Positions 1 to 18,075 are shown, numbered from the stretch's first letter. The stretch: 64,000 bases of DNA from Octopus vulgaris (GCA_951406725.2 OX597827.1:31000001-31064000), one strand, 5' to 3'. Program-made: numbers and translations. The notes: generated from the sequence alone by a model not told the origin.

Positions 1-1679
1 ATAGATGAATGGTTAGTGAGAGCTGTGCGGGCCATGTATAGGGACGCCGCTAGTAGGGTGAGGGTTGGAAATGAGTACAGTGAAGAATTCCGGGTAGAGG
101 TAGGGGTCCACCAAGGCTCAGTACTCAGCCCCCTCCTATTTATCATAGTCCTCCAGGCAATAACGGAGGAATTCAAGACAGGATGCCCTTGGGAGCTCCT
201 CTATGCTGATGACCTTGCTCTAATTGCTGAGTCGCTATCAGAACTGGAGGAGAAGTTTCAGGTGTGGAAACAAGGATTAGAATCGAAGGGCCTTAGAGTC
301 AATCTAGCTAAAACCAAAGTCGTAATCAGTAGGAAGGTTGACAAATCACAAACACCTTCAGGTAGATGGCCCTGCTCGATCTGTAGAAAAGGTGTAGGTA
401 GAAACTCTATAAGATGCACCAAGTGTAAGCTATGGACACATAAGAGATGCAGCAATGTCAAAGGAAGGCTAACTAGGAAGATGGTTTTTGTATGTGGCAG
501 ATGCTCAGGAACAATAAACACTGAAAATGCTCTGAGACCAACTTCTGTCACTTTCCAGGGAGAAAAACTAGAAATAGTTGATAGTTTCCGTTACCTAGGT
601 GACCAAGTCAGCAGCGGGGGCGGGTGTGCTGAAAGTGTAACTGCTAGAGTAAGAATAGCTTGGGCAAAGTTCAGAGAGCTCTTACCTCTGCTGGTGACAA
701 AAGGCCTCTCGCACAGAGTGAAAGGCAGACTGTATGATGCGTGTGTACGAACAGCCATGCTACATGGCAGTGAAACATGGGCCGTGACTGCTGAGGATAT
801 GCGTAAGCTCGCTAGAAATGAAGCCAGTATGCTCCGATGGATGTGTAATGTCAGTACTCACACTCGGCAGAGTGTAAGTACCTTGAGAGAAAAGCTGGAC
901 CTAAGAAGCATCAGTTGTGGTGTGCAAGAGACGTTTGCGCTGGTATGGTCATGTGGCGAGAATGGATGAAGATAGTTGTGTGAAAAAGTGCCACGCCCTA
1001 GCGGTTGAGGGAACCTGTGGAAGAGGCAGACCCAGGAAAACCTGGGACGAGGTGGTGAAGCACGACCTTCGAACTTTAGGTCTCACTGAGGAAATGACTA
1101 GAGACCGAGACCTCTGGAAGTGTGCTGTGCGCGAGAAGACCCGGCAGGACAAGTGAGTCCACAACCCGTGGCCTTCTACATGGGATGGAGCCAGCCTACG
1201 TATGCATACCTTCCCTTCTTGGGACACAAAACTCTACTTGTGAAGACGTGTTGAGGCAAGTGAGGATCAGAATCGAAATCGATCAATGGAAATTGCGGAT
1301 GTGCTACCAGTGCCGGTGGCATGTCGAAACTCTGCTTGTGAAGACCCATTGAGGCAAGTGAGGATCAGAATCGAAATCGATCAATGGAAATCGATCAATG
1401 GAAATTGCAGATGTGTTACCAGTGCCGGTGGCATGTAAGAGAACTTTCCGTTTCGCGACCGTTGCCAGCACCGCCCCGTTTCGTGTCCGTTGCCAGCCTC
1501 GCCTGGCCCTCGTGCCGGTGGCACATAAAAAGCACCATCCGTTCGTGGCCGTTTGCCAGCTCTGTCTAGTGGTTGGCGTTAGGAAGGGCATCCAGCCGTA
1601 GAAACACTGCCAGATTTGACTGGGCCTGATGAAGCCTTCTGGCTTCACAGACCCCAGCAGAACCGTCCAACCCATGCTA

Positions 1680-1682
<3 letters not shown>
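1..1682 (+). mobile_element. RTE-clade LINE, 3' portion (RT C-terminal half, Cys-rich insertion, 3' UTR with internal repeats)
   Basis: ORFs 16..969 and 917..1156 carry GVHQGSVLSPLLF, LLYADD and GRGRPRKTW. A 2-bp deletion near 928 versus the copy at 45390 splits the frame. The usual (GAT)n tail is absent; (TA)n abuts at 1682. Confidence 0.93.
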
Positions 1683-3540
<1,858 letters not shown>

Positions 3541-5623
3541 AATTTCAAATCGCCTAAACAAACAGATTGAAAGCAGTGAAAAGTCCCGCCTAAAAATAAA
3601 ACTGTTGGAAATCGAAAAATGTCTGCAACTCTCCCATGAAAAGGAAAGAGCAGACAAAGAAGCCTGGGCTATAGACAACATAAAATCTAACCCCAGAGCT
3701 TTCTACAGGTATGCCAAAGAAACAGCTACGGTGCACTGTAGAATAGGGCCACTCCTCGAAAAGGATGGCACACTTACAGGAAAACCAATGAGGGTAAGTG
3801 AAATACTGAATGAGCAATTCAAGAGTGTTTTCACTCCACCCCTTGGGCATCTCCAAATCACCAATCCAACTGACTTTTTTACCACTGCAGATATAAAATC
3901 AGAGGCGGCGACGATAGATTACATCGATATAAAGGAAGACGATGTAATAAAGGCTATAGATGAAATGAAAACAGACTCAGCTACTGGCCCCGATGGATTC
4001 CCGGCAATCCTCCTAAAAGCATGTAAGAGAGTCCTAGCAAGACCACTGCAGTTCCTCTTTCAGAGCTTCCTTGCAGCTGGCAAACTCCCAAGAAAACTGA
4101 AGGAAGGTAAAATATGCCCCATTCATAAAGGAGGTAGCAGAGCGGAAGCCAAGAACTATAGACCTATCTCTCTGACCTCACACATCAGCAAGGTCATGGA
4201 ACGAATAGTCAGAAGGAAGCTGATCACCTTCCTTGAAGAGAATGACTTGCTGCCCGACACCCAACATGGTTTCCGACCAGGGAGAAGCTGTTTAACTCAG
4301 CTCCTACAACACTATGACTGGGTGCTGAAACGGATGCTCAACCACTCAAATGTGGAAGTGATATATCTCGACTTTGCAAAGGCCTTTGCAAAGTCGATCA
4401 TGGAATGATATGTCACAAACTGCGTGATCTCAACATAGTTGGAAAACTGGGAGAATGGCTTCATGACTTTCTGAAAGATAGAAGTCAGGTGGTAGTGGCC
4501 AATTAACACTTCCATTAACACGCAAATAGTGAGCGGTGTTCCGCAGGGCACTGTTCTGGGACCACTACTGTTCATAATGGCCCTCTCAGACATGCCCTCA
4601 GCCACGCAGAGAGCCACGATCACAAGTTATGCAGATGATACAAAAGTTTCACAGCCAATACAGAACCCTGAGGACACTAAACACCTGCAATGTGAGCTAG
4701 ACAAAATATACAAGTGGGCCGAAAAGAATAGCATGCAGTTCAATGCTGAAAAGTTTCAAGCTCTATACTATCAGCATGCAAAACTAAATGCAATACCCAA
4801 TGAATACACTGGACCCGGAGGAATAGCAATCCCAGAGGCACAATCAGTGCGTGACCTAGGTATTTACATGAGTGATGACGCGACCTTTCGTGTACATGTT
4901 GCTAAATTGGCAATGAAATGTAGACGACTGGCCGGATGGATCCTCAGAACCTTTAGAACAAGAGAACAAGAAACCATGATGGTCCTCTGGAGGACACTTG
5001 TCCTAAGCCACTTTGACTACTGCTCTCAGTTATGGTCACCATCCAGTGTCAAGTTGATCACAGAGCTCGAGGCGATCCAACGTAGCTACACGAAGAAGAT
5101 AGCCTCTATGCAGAATGTAAGCTACTGGGAAAGACTCAAGAGATTAAAATTATATTCCCTGGAGCGTAGGCGGGAAAGATATGCCATAATATACATCTGG
5201 AAGATCCTGGAGGGAAGTGTCCTGAACTTTGGCATCGAGAGTTACGCAAATGCCAGAACTGGGCGCCACTGCGTGGTGCCTAGGACTCCAAACTTGCCAT
5301 CAAGATGTAGGACAAGATTCTGTGATAGCCTGGGCTTCCGAGGCCCACAGCTCTTCAATATCCTCCCGAAGAACCTGAGAGACCTGCATGGGGTGGATGC
5401 AGATGTCTTGAAAATGAAGCTGGATCTCTTCCTGTCAGGTGTCCCAGATGAACCAACTTCACGGCAGGAGGGGCAGATGAGGGCAGCTGCATCAATCTCT
5501 CTCATGCACCAAATGGCAGTTGCTAGAAAGCTTTCGTGAAGTGAAACCAAGTAGCAACACCAAATGGTGGTGCCCCAGCATGGCCACAGCTCATAAGCTG
5601 AAACTAGAATCAATCAATCAATC
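3541..5623 (+). mobile_element. CR1-group LINE, 5'-truncated and frameshifted, with (AATC)n tail
   Basis: [45 protein letters not shown] and [17 protein letters not shown] motifs. Frameshifts near 4390 and 4503 relative to the copy at 12421. Confidence 0.92.
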
Positions 5624-5668
5624 ATGTATATGTATATATATATATATGTATATGTATATATATATATG

Positions 5669-5827
<159 letters not shown>

Positions 5828-5845
5828 GTATATATATATATGTAT

Positions 5846-6183
5846 AAAAATCATTAAAATCATTTAAAAATGTTTTAGCCCGAAGGCTGCGGCCATGCTG
5901 GGGCACCACCACTGAATGAGCTACACTAATTTGTGAATCCACTTCTGATACGTGGCACTTGATCAACAAGGGAGTTCGATGCTGCTGCCCGCATCCGCGT
6001 CTCCTGTCGTGAGGTAGGCTCATCTGGGACTCCCAACAAGAAGAGATCCAGTTTAGTTTTAAAGAAACCCGCATCCACACCATGTAAGTCTCTCAGGTAT
6101 TTAGGGAAGATGTTAAAGAGCTGTGGTCCTCTGAAACCCAAGCTGTTGCATTTCAGAGGACCACAGCTCTTTAACATCCTCCC

Positions 6184-6189
<6 letters not shown>
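5846..6189 (-). mobile_element. 3' fragment of a second CR1-group subfamily with a 5' fold-back
   Basis: Minus-strand [48 protein letters not shown] is a diverged paralog of the C-terminus at 5330-5500. Inverted arms 6098-6136 and 6151-6189. Confidence 0.88.
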
Positions 6190-6277
<88 letters not shown>

Positions 6278-6334
6278 TATGTATATATATATGTATGTAT
6301 ATATATGTATATATATATGTATGTATATATATGA

Positions 6335-6422
<88 letters not shown>

Positions 6423-6423
6423 G

Positions 6424-6478
<55 letters not shown>

Positions 6479-6514
6479 GTATATAAATATATATGTATAT
6501 ATATATATATATAT

Positions 6515-7878
6515 AAGAAAATAGTAAAGTGCGAAAAAACGACAGAAGGCTTAAATGTTAAAAAATATATATATTTGTGTCAAAATGTCTGGAGAATATT
6601 GGAAAAATTTTTTTTTCCTTTCCTTAAAATGACATAATTTTAAAATTTTTAAAGAAATTACCGGTTTCGCGTGTAGCTTTTCAAATTTCTTGTGACGTTA
6701 TGTTTATATTGCATGGAGTTATCGTTGTGTTTATTTTCAAGAGATTTCTAAATAAGGGGAGGTAGTGAGTGATTTCTTCCGGTGTAAGGGAGATAATCAC
6801 TTAAAAATTTTTTTTCCTTTTCCCTTGTTAATTTCTCTGTGTCAGTATGTTCGGATGGGTGAGTCTGGGTTTGTACTTTTCAATGAAGGATGTTTCCTTG
6901 TTCAGTCTCATTTGTGTTGATGATCCGAAAGCACATTGGTAAAATGGGAAGATTAAAATTGTGGCAGTAGTTGCTTTGCGCATTTCTCAATGTGCTCACT
7001 AAAAGGTATCATTCTATATTCTGGGAATGCAATCTGTTGTCGATGCAGTGTGCATCTACGCCTGAGTGATAGTCCCGTGGAACCCACGTAGTCTTGGTGG
7101 CAGCCCGAGCATTTAATGACATAAATTATGTTTTCAGAGGCACAAGTAAAGTTAGATTTGATCTTGAATTTCTGTCCCTCTTTAAAGAAGAATTCTGATC
7201 CTTCCAATAGGTTAGGACATGTTGCACAGTTCGATCTACCACATTTTTTTACTTTTGCATCCGTAATTTTAGAAGACAATTTTGCCTTTGTGAGAATCTT
7301 TTTAAGTGATTTAGGCTGTTTGTAGCTTTTAATGATTTGGTGTATGTTTAGAATTTCCTTTAATTTTGGGTTTTTATGAAGTATTGGTAAATTCTGGGTG
7401 ATGATGGTGAAGGCTTCTTTGTTTCTGGGGTTGTATGTAGATATGTAAGGTAGTATTTTCGGGGAAGGTGTGTTTTTGTGTTGAACTTTTCTTAAAGTTT
7501 CTATGTTGATTTCTGTTGCACGTCTGATCCCATCCTCTATGAGTTGAGCTGGGTAATGTCTGTCAATTAGGGTGTTTTTGAGTTCTTGCAGTCTAAAGCT
7601 CCTGGTATTTTGTTCTGACACTATTGTGCATATCCTTCTTGCAAGGTTGAAGGGGATGTTTGTTTTAGTGTGTCTTGGGTGGCATGAATTAAAAAGAAGG
7701 TATTGTTTGGCGTCTGTGGCTTTGTAAAAAATGACTTAGATATGTTAAAATTTTTCCAATATTCTCCAGACATTTTGACACAAATATATATATTTTTTAA
7801 CATTTAAGCCTTCTGTCGTTTTTTCACACTTTACTATTTTCTTATATATTCACCCACGTGCTTTACCAAACAAACTTT

Positions 7879-7880
<2 letters not shown>
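6515..7880 (-). mobile_element. Penelope-like element (Neptune-like), 5'-truncated, with inverted copy of its 3' end at ~7747-7880
   Basis: ORF 6953..7621: RT thumb, CGRSNCATC and GIY-YIG (IIYVIKC..DYVG); premature TAA at 6953. 7747-7845 is the reverse complement of ~6515-6610. Confidence 0.9.
6652..6691 (-). ncRNA. Minimal type-I hammerhead ribozyme (U3-A8 core variant)
   Basis: Minus strand: aagaaat TTGAAAA gc tacac gc GAAA ccgg TA atttctt. 7-bp helix I, palindromic helix III. Confidence 0.75.
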
Positions 7881-7927
<47 letters not shown>

Positions 7928-7930
7928 GTG

Positions 7931-8014
<84 letters not shown>

Positions 8015-8084
8015 TAATCCAAACAAGAAAACACAGAAAAAAAGAGAAAAAAACACAGCAATGCAGGACGTGGAACAATTAAAG

Positions 8085-8472
<388 letters not shown>

Positions 8473-8478
<6 letters not shown>

Positions 8479-8711
8479 ATGCAATATAAACATAACGTCA
8501 CAAGAAATTTGAAAAGCTACACGCGAAACCGGTAATTTCTTTAAAAATTTTAAAATTATGTCATTTTAAGGAAAGGAAAAAAAAATTTTTCCAATATCCT
8601 CCAGACATTTTGACACAAATATATATATTTTTTAACATTTAAGCCTTCTGTCGTTTTTTCACCCTTTACTATTTTCTTATATATTCACCCACGTGCTTTA
8701 CCAAACAAACT

Positions 8712-8715
<4 letters not shown>
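8473..8715 (+). mobile_element. Penelope-like 3' terminal repeat (pLTR) copy
   Basis: Reverse complement of ~6515-6719 plus the extension also seen at 7845-7880. Confidence 0.85.
8502..8541 (+). ncRNA. Minimal type-I hammerhead ribozyme (U3-A8 core variant)
   Basis: aagaaat TTGAAAA gc tacac gc GAAA ccgg TA atttctt. Confidence 0.75.
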
Positions 8716-8755
<40 letters not shown>

Positions 8756-8764
8756 GTATATGTG

Positions 8765-8811
<47 letters not shown>

Positions 8812-8897
8812 ATGTGTATATAAAGTTAATCCAAACAAGAAAACACAGAAAAAAAAGAGAAAAAAACACAGCAATGCAGGACGTGGAACAATTAAAG

Positions 8898-8994
<97 letters not shown>

Positions 8995-9013
8995 ATATAT
9001 ATATATATATATA

Positions 9014-9560
9014 TAGCCTCTATGCAGAAGATAGCCTCTATGCAGAATGTAAGCTACTGGGAAAACTCAAGAAATTAAAATTATATTCCCTGGAGCGTAG
9101 GCGGGAAAAATATGCCATAATATACATCTGGAAGATCCTGGAGGAAGTGTCCTGAACTTTGGCATCGAGAGTTACGCAAATGCCAGAACTGGGGCCACTG
9201 CGTGGTGCCTAGGACTCCAAACTTGCCATCAAGATGTAGGACAAGATTCTGTGATAGCCTGGGCTTCCGAGGCCCACAGCTCTTCAATATCCTCCCGAAG
9301 AACCTAAGAGACCTGCACGGGGTGGATACAGATGTCTTTAAAATGAAGCTGGATCTCTTCCTGTCAGGTGTCCCAGATGAACCAACTTCACGGCAGGAGG
9401 GGCAGACGAGGGCAGCTGCATCGAACTCTCTCATGCACCAAATAGCAACTGCTAGAAAGCCTTCATGAAGTGAAACCAAGTAGCAACACCAAATGGCGGT
9501 GCCCCCAGCATGGCCACAGCTCATAAGCTGAAACTAGAATCAATCAATCAATCAATCAAT

Positions 9561-9563
<3 letters not shown>
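9014..9563 (+). mobile_element. CR1-group LINE 3' fragment with (AATC)n tail
   Basis: ORF 9202..9468 matches the CR1 C-terminus; tail at ~9537-9563; (TA)n on both sides. Confidence 0.92.
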
Positions 9564-9609
<46 letters not shown>

Positions 9610-9705
9610 ATAAAACGGTAAGATAACAAAAGAAAGAAAGAGACCTCAATATTATGTAAATAGAGGAAATTTATCTATACAATATGTTACATTACTCGGT
9701 AGTCA

Positions 9706-9768
9706 AGATAAAACTCTGAGTTTCAGATGCCGAAGTGGAAATCCACAACACCATCTCTTCGGTTATCT
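9706..9768 (-). ncRNA. Type-I hammerhead ribozyme motif (C4 variant), inverted copy
   Basis: Reverse complement of 12293-12355. Confidence 0.65.
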
Positions 9769-10664
9769 GGCTATTTGAAAACGTTATGAAAAAATACCGT
9801 TAAAAATGAAGGGAAATTACTCTGTTATAACTCTGCTTTGCCTGCGTACTTATACATCGCTCGCATTTTTCGTCATAAAAATTATATAAAAATACATAAA
9901 AATATATAAAAATATATAAAAATATATAAAATCTTCTTGGGACATAACACAGAAAGCATGTTCTATCCGTTTTCTTTAGGGGACCAAAAACGTAACAGAA
10001 ATTTAGTCACATGTGGGCATGATCCGAAAAGCTCTGTCCTTGTATTTAGACATGTGGTAGGGTCTAAGCTGCTTTTCCAGATAAGCCATCTCTCCATGTC
10101 GCATAAACCGCACCTTCCGCTGCCGTTAGTATAGGGCTTACATCTGGCCAAAATCTTCCATTGTATGTTATAATCGACGCCTTTATCTCTTAAAGACCAA
10201 ATATGATTGGATAATTGTGTCGCTTTTCTTTTGTTCCAGTGCCTAAAGCTCAAAGTGTGGTTATTGAACCTGGCCTTGAAATTACCCTCTGTCAGGCCCA
10301 CGTATTTCTTCGTCGAAACGGTGTCTTTAGTGGTTATAGAGTTTACGGTAGCTTCATATATGATGGTCTTGGACATGCAAGCTCCATTTAGCGGGCACAA
10401 TTCTTTATTCCTGCATGAACAGCTGTTTTCTTCTTGTGTTTTTTGTATGTTATGATTGATTATGTTTTTAAAATTGGTAGTTGAACTAAAACTAATTTTT
10501 AAATTGTGTCTATTGAAGAGTTTCCTATAAGCATGGTTAACTGGAAAATGTCTATCTATCAGTGCTAGGAAATATTTACCTATATTGAAGGCCACCTCGG
10601 GTGAGTAAGGGGGCGTAAAACTAGGTTAGTGCAATGGTCCAATAGTATAGAAGTATAGAAGTAA

Positions 10665-12098
10665 TGGTCCAATAGTATAGAAGTCGTAGACTGGTTTAAA
10701 GCTATTAAGAATAAGAAAAAAGCGAGGTTTACACAATTCGATATTGTTGATTTTTATGCCTCTATCTCTAAAGAACTGCTAGATAAAGCCCTAATCTTCG
10801 CTAGTGACTTCATAGAAATTAGTACCAATGATAAGGATATAATCTTCCATGCTAGAAAGACATTACTTTTCAGTGAGAATGCAAAGTGGGTAAAAAACAC
10901 CGACACGGAGGGCGCTTTCGATGTGAGCATGGGTTCATATGATGGGGCAGGCATCTGTGATCTAATTGGACTCGGTAAGACATTCCCTAACGTACATTTC
11001 GCCATCTACAAAGATGATGCCCTCGCCTTAACAGCTAATACAAATGGACCAGCACAAGGTCGTTTTAGGAAGGATATTATCCAGTTAATGAAACACTTCG
11101 GACTTAGTATAACTATAGACACTAACCTGACGGTTGTCAATTTCTTAGACGTTTCCTTAGATCTTAATAATAATATTTATAAGCCTTATAGGAAGCCCAA
11201 TGATAGACTAAGTTATATTAATGTAGGTTCATGCCATCCCCCTATAGTATTCAAAAATTTAGTTAAAAATATTAGTAAGAGGATTTCTAGCCTCTCATCT
11301 AATGAGGACATCTTCAATAGCGTTGCCCCAGTTTATAATAAAGCTTTAAAAGATAGTGGTTTTAGCGAAAAAATAAAATATACACCTATCACCAGCCCAA
11401 CAATAAGGAAAAGGAATAATAGAAATAGGAAGGTCATCTGGTTTACGCCCCCTTACTCACCCGAGGTGGCCTTCAATATAGGTAAATATTTCCTAGCACT
11501 GATAGATAGACATTTTCCAGTTAACCATGCTTATAGGAAACTCTTCAATAGACACAATTTAAAAATTAGTTTTAGTTCAACTACCAATTTTAAAAACATA
11601 ATCAATCATAACATACAAAAAACACAAGAAGAAAACAGCTGTTCATGCAGGAATAAAGAATTGTGCCCGCTAAATGGAGCTTGCATGTCCAAGACCATCA
11701 TATATGAAGCTACCGTAAACTCTATAACCACTAAAGACACCGTTTCGACGAAGAAATACGTGGGCCTGACAGAGGGTAATTTCAAGGCCAGGTTCAATAA
11801 CCACACTTTGAGCTTTAGGCACTGGAACAAAAGAAAAGCGACACAATTATCCAATCATATTTGGTCTTTAAGAGATAAAGGTGTCGATTATAACATACAA
11901 TGGAAGATTTTGGCCAGATGTAAGCCCTATACTAACGGCAGCGGAAGGTGCGGTTTATGCGACATGGAGAGATGGCTTATCTGGAAAAGCAGCTTAGACC
12001 CTACCACATGTCTAAATACAAGGACAGAGCTTTTCGGATCATGCCCACATGTGACTAAATTTCTGTTACGTTTTTGGTCCCCTAAAGAAAACGGATAG
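10665..12098 (+). CDS. PLE reverse transcriptase + GIY-YIG endonuclease (5'-truncated, no own start codon)
   Basis: Frame is open from 10665: FDIVDFY, SMGSYDGA, YKDD, FLDVSLDL, CSCRNKELCPL, IIYEA..KYVG, CGLC..CPH. Confidence 0.85.
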   Translation, partial: WSNSIEVVDWFKAIKNKKKARFTQFDIVDFYASISKELLDKALIFASDFIEISTNDKDIIFHARKTLLFSENAKWVKNTDTEGAFDVSMGSYDGAGICDLIGLGKTFPNVHFAIYKDDALALTANTNGPAQGRFRKDIIQLMKHFGLSITIDTNLTVVNFLDVSLDLNNNIYKPYRKPNDRLSYINVGSCHPPIVFKNLVKNISKRISSLSSNEDIFNSVAPVYNKALKDSGFSEKIKYTPITSPTIRKRNNRNRKVIWFTPPYSPEVAFNIGKYFLALIDRHFPVNHAYRKLFNRHNLKISFSSTTNFKNIINHNIQKTQEENSCSCRNKELCPLNGACMSKTIIYEATVNSITTKDTVSTKKYVGLTEGNFKARFNNHTLSFRHWNKRKATQLSNHIWSLRDKGVDYNIQWKILARCKPYTNGSGRCGLCDMERWLIWKSSLDPTTCLNTRTELFGSCPHVTKFLLRFWSPKENG

Positions 12099-12292
12099 AA
12101 CATGCTTTCTGTGTTATGTCCCAAGAAGATTTTATATATTTTTATATATTTTTATATATTTTTATGTATTTTTATATAATTTTTATGACGAAAAATGCGA
12201 GCGATGTATAAGTACGCAGGCAAAGCAGAGTTATAACAGAGTAATTTCCCTTCATTTTTAACGGTATTTTTTCATAACGTTTTCAAATAGCC

Positions 12293-12355
12293 AGATAACC
12301 GAAGAGATGGTGTTGTGGATTTCCACTTCGGCATCTGAAACTCAGAGTTTTATCT
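12293..12355 (+). ncRNA. Type-I hammerhead ribozyme motif (C4 variant) in PLE 3' UTR
   Basis: agataa CCGAAGA gatg-[gtgga tt tccac]-catct GAAA ctcagag TT ttatct. 6-bp helix I, near-palindromic helix III. Confidence 0.65.
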
Positions 12356-12420
12356 TGACTACCGAGTAATGTAACATATTGTATAGATATATATATGTAT
12401 ATATATATATATGTATATAT

Positions 12421-15806
<3,386 letters not shown>

Positions 15807-15898
15807 AAATACAAACACAATTGCAGCGTGGAAGGTGTTTATAAGCCATTTAAGAAACACACAAAAACTGTTAGATTCACTTCAACATCTAAATTTAA

Positions 15899-15949
15899 TT
15901 TGCCAAAATATTTTCATCGCTTTGAGACCATGACCTAATCACTGACAAA
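15899..15949 (-). ncRNA. Degenerate hammerhead motif (G3 core variant) in a short repeat between TA arrays
   Basis: Minus strand: tttgtca GTGATTA ggtcat..gcgat GAAA atat TT tggcaaa. Confidence 0.45.
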
Positions 15950-16040
15950 ATTCCGTGCTGCCTCCAGGCTGCAATCGTTTTTGTTTTTGGTTCAGTACAT
16001 GATCTCAGATCAGGTAACTTGCTATACAAGTACATCTCCA

Positions 16041-16071
<31 letters not shown>

Positions 16072-16707
16072 CAAAAGGCAATTTTTATATCCAATTTAAC
16101 ATGAATGTATTGTTGGAATGCTGAGGATCTCTTAAGGACCAAATGCATCATATGTCCTTATGAGACGACCTCTCATAAGGAGGCTTGGTGCATTTGGTGT
16201 AAGGAAGTACTGAGTTAAGAAAAGGTCAAGAATCTTTAATATAGTGTCAAAGACTGGCCAGCTTGAAGAAATTCATCCGTTTCAGTGTCGTTGCTATTTA
16301 GCGCTAGGTTGTCCCTGGACAACAGCAATATAAACATAAGGGTTCATATGCACCACAAGTCCCTTCGACAGTATTTTGTGTTCTAACACCACATCCGTTT
16401 TTAGTTGGAGATAATTGAGGAGCTTACTTTCAAAACCAGTATAAGTGTATGTTTAGTTGATTTCATGATAACCATTAAAACACAACCTGCAAGCTGTTGG
16501 CTTCATGCCCGTGAAAATTTCTTCAGTCAAACTGAGAGAGATGCCATAGAGACAGTAAATGAATCTTAGTCTTCCAATCAAAATCAGATTCATTCAAGTT
16601 GTTGTTTCCTCAATTACCCAAGGGTCATTCCGATGCTTATATCTGGTGCGGAAAGTAAATGCTTCAATTATTAACTTTTGCTATTTATACTGCCTCTATC
16701 ACTAATG

Positions 16708-16806
16708 TGGAGGCACATGGCCTAGTGGTTAGAGTAGCGGACTTGCAGTCGAGGGACCATGGGTTCGAATCTCAGACCGGGCGATGTGTGTGTTTATGAG
16801 CGAAAC
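16708..16806 (+). mobile_element. tRNA-derived SINE head
   Basis: A-box tggcctagtggttaga and B-box gggttcgaatctc; related to 47990-48085. Confidence 0.75.
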
Positions 16807-16939
16807 TTATTTAATCGACCCCAAAAGGATGAAAGGCAAAGTCGACCTCAGCAGAATTTGAACTCAGAACGTAGCAGCAGACGAAATACCACTAAGCATT
16901 TTGCCTGGCACGCTAACGATTCTGCCAGCTTGCCGCCTT
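16807..16939 (-). mobile_element. SINE (ggcggcgagctggcagaa family)
   Basis: Reverse complement of the 22707-22840 family. Confidence 0.75.
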
Positions 16940-17424
16940 ATGATTTTAGGTATGGACAGTGAATGAAGACAATTTTGGTTTGAAAAATTGGATTTTTATG
17001 CTGGAAAATATGATATGAAACCAATATTTGTATACTGAATTTGTATATGACTGAAACCAATACACAAATACGATATCAATATAATATTGATATAGTCTGA
17101 TATCTCTAAAAATATTGTCTTTATATTCTAGCAGGACAAAAACAACAACAAATTTTGATTTTTTTCCTTTTCTTATTTTATTTTTTTTTCCAAAAAATGT
17201 CTTCACTGAAGACATGGCTTTCATTGTAGAATTTCAGAAAAACAGCAGAAAAAAATATTCAGAAAGTAGAAGAATATTCTATGAAGTGAACCATTTAAAG
17301 GTCAAAATGGGAAAGAGTAAAGTATTAATAACAAATAACAGGAAATAGCTTTGCTTGATATGTTGGACTTGAATCAGAATAAAATCAATTATGTGCACTC
17401 CAGTGTAATAATAATAATAATAAT

Positions 17425-18075
17425 TTCTGATTTAAGCACAAGGCCAGCACTTATGAGGGAAAGGGGAAAGTCAATACCATGGACACCAGTATTTGACAGG
17501 TACTTAATTTATCAATCTTTGAAGGATAAAAAGTAAAACTGACTTTGGCAGGATTTGAACTCAGAATGTAAAAAGTGAAAAAGAAATACTGCTGAGCATT
17601 TATTCTGAAGATCTATTAATTCTTTCTGCTCACTGCTTTATGTGTAATAATGGCAAGAAATTTTGGCACAGTCTTAGGGCAAGGAGAGCTTATTTATTAC
17701 ATCTGTCCCAAGCCTCATCTGATAGCTGTTTCATTGAAGAAAAGCAAAGTTGACCATGGCAGGATTTGAACTCAGGATGTAAAGAACCAGAAATAATACT
17801 GCAAAGCATTTTTTTCTGTAAATCTATTGATTCTGTTAGCTCACTCCCTTAACTGCAAAAATACTTTCAAATTTTGGCAGAAGGCCTGAAATTTTAGGGG
17901 ATGTGGTTAGTTGGTTACATCAATTCAAGTACTCAACTGGGATTTATTTTATCAACCCCAAAAAGATGACAGGCAAAGCTGACAGCTGTGTTTGAACTCA
18001 GAACATGAAGAGCCAAAAGAAATGTCACTAAGCATCTTGGTCCAATGCACAAATGATTCTACTAGCTTTCCACCT
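17425..18075 (-). mobile_element. Three consecutive degenerate SINE copies
   Basis: tttgaactcag..aaatactg..agcat recurs at ~17555, 17765 and 17992. Confidence 0.6.

Larger units (their letters stand above)
9608..12389 (+). mobile_element. Penelope-like element (probably Naiad-like), 5'-truncated, with a ~950-bp inverted copy of its 3' end
   Basis: 9672-10620 is a near-perfect reverse complement of ~11442-12389. RT plus GIY-YIG ORF; (TA)n flanks. Confidence 0.92.

Noticed and set aside
16708-16790. tRNA gene
   Set aside because: Has A/B boxes but no proper acceptor stem, and continues into SINE body sequence also found at ~47990.
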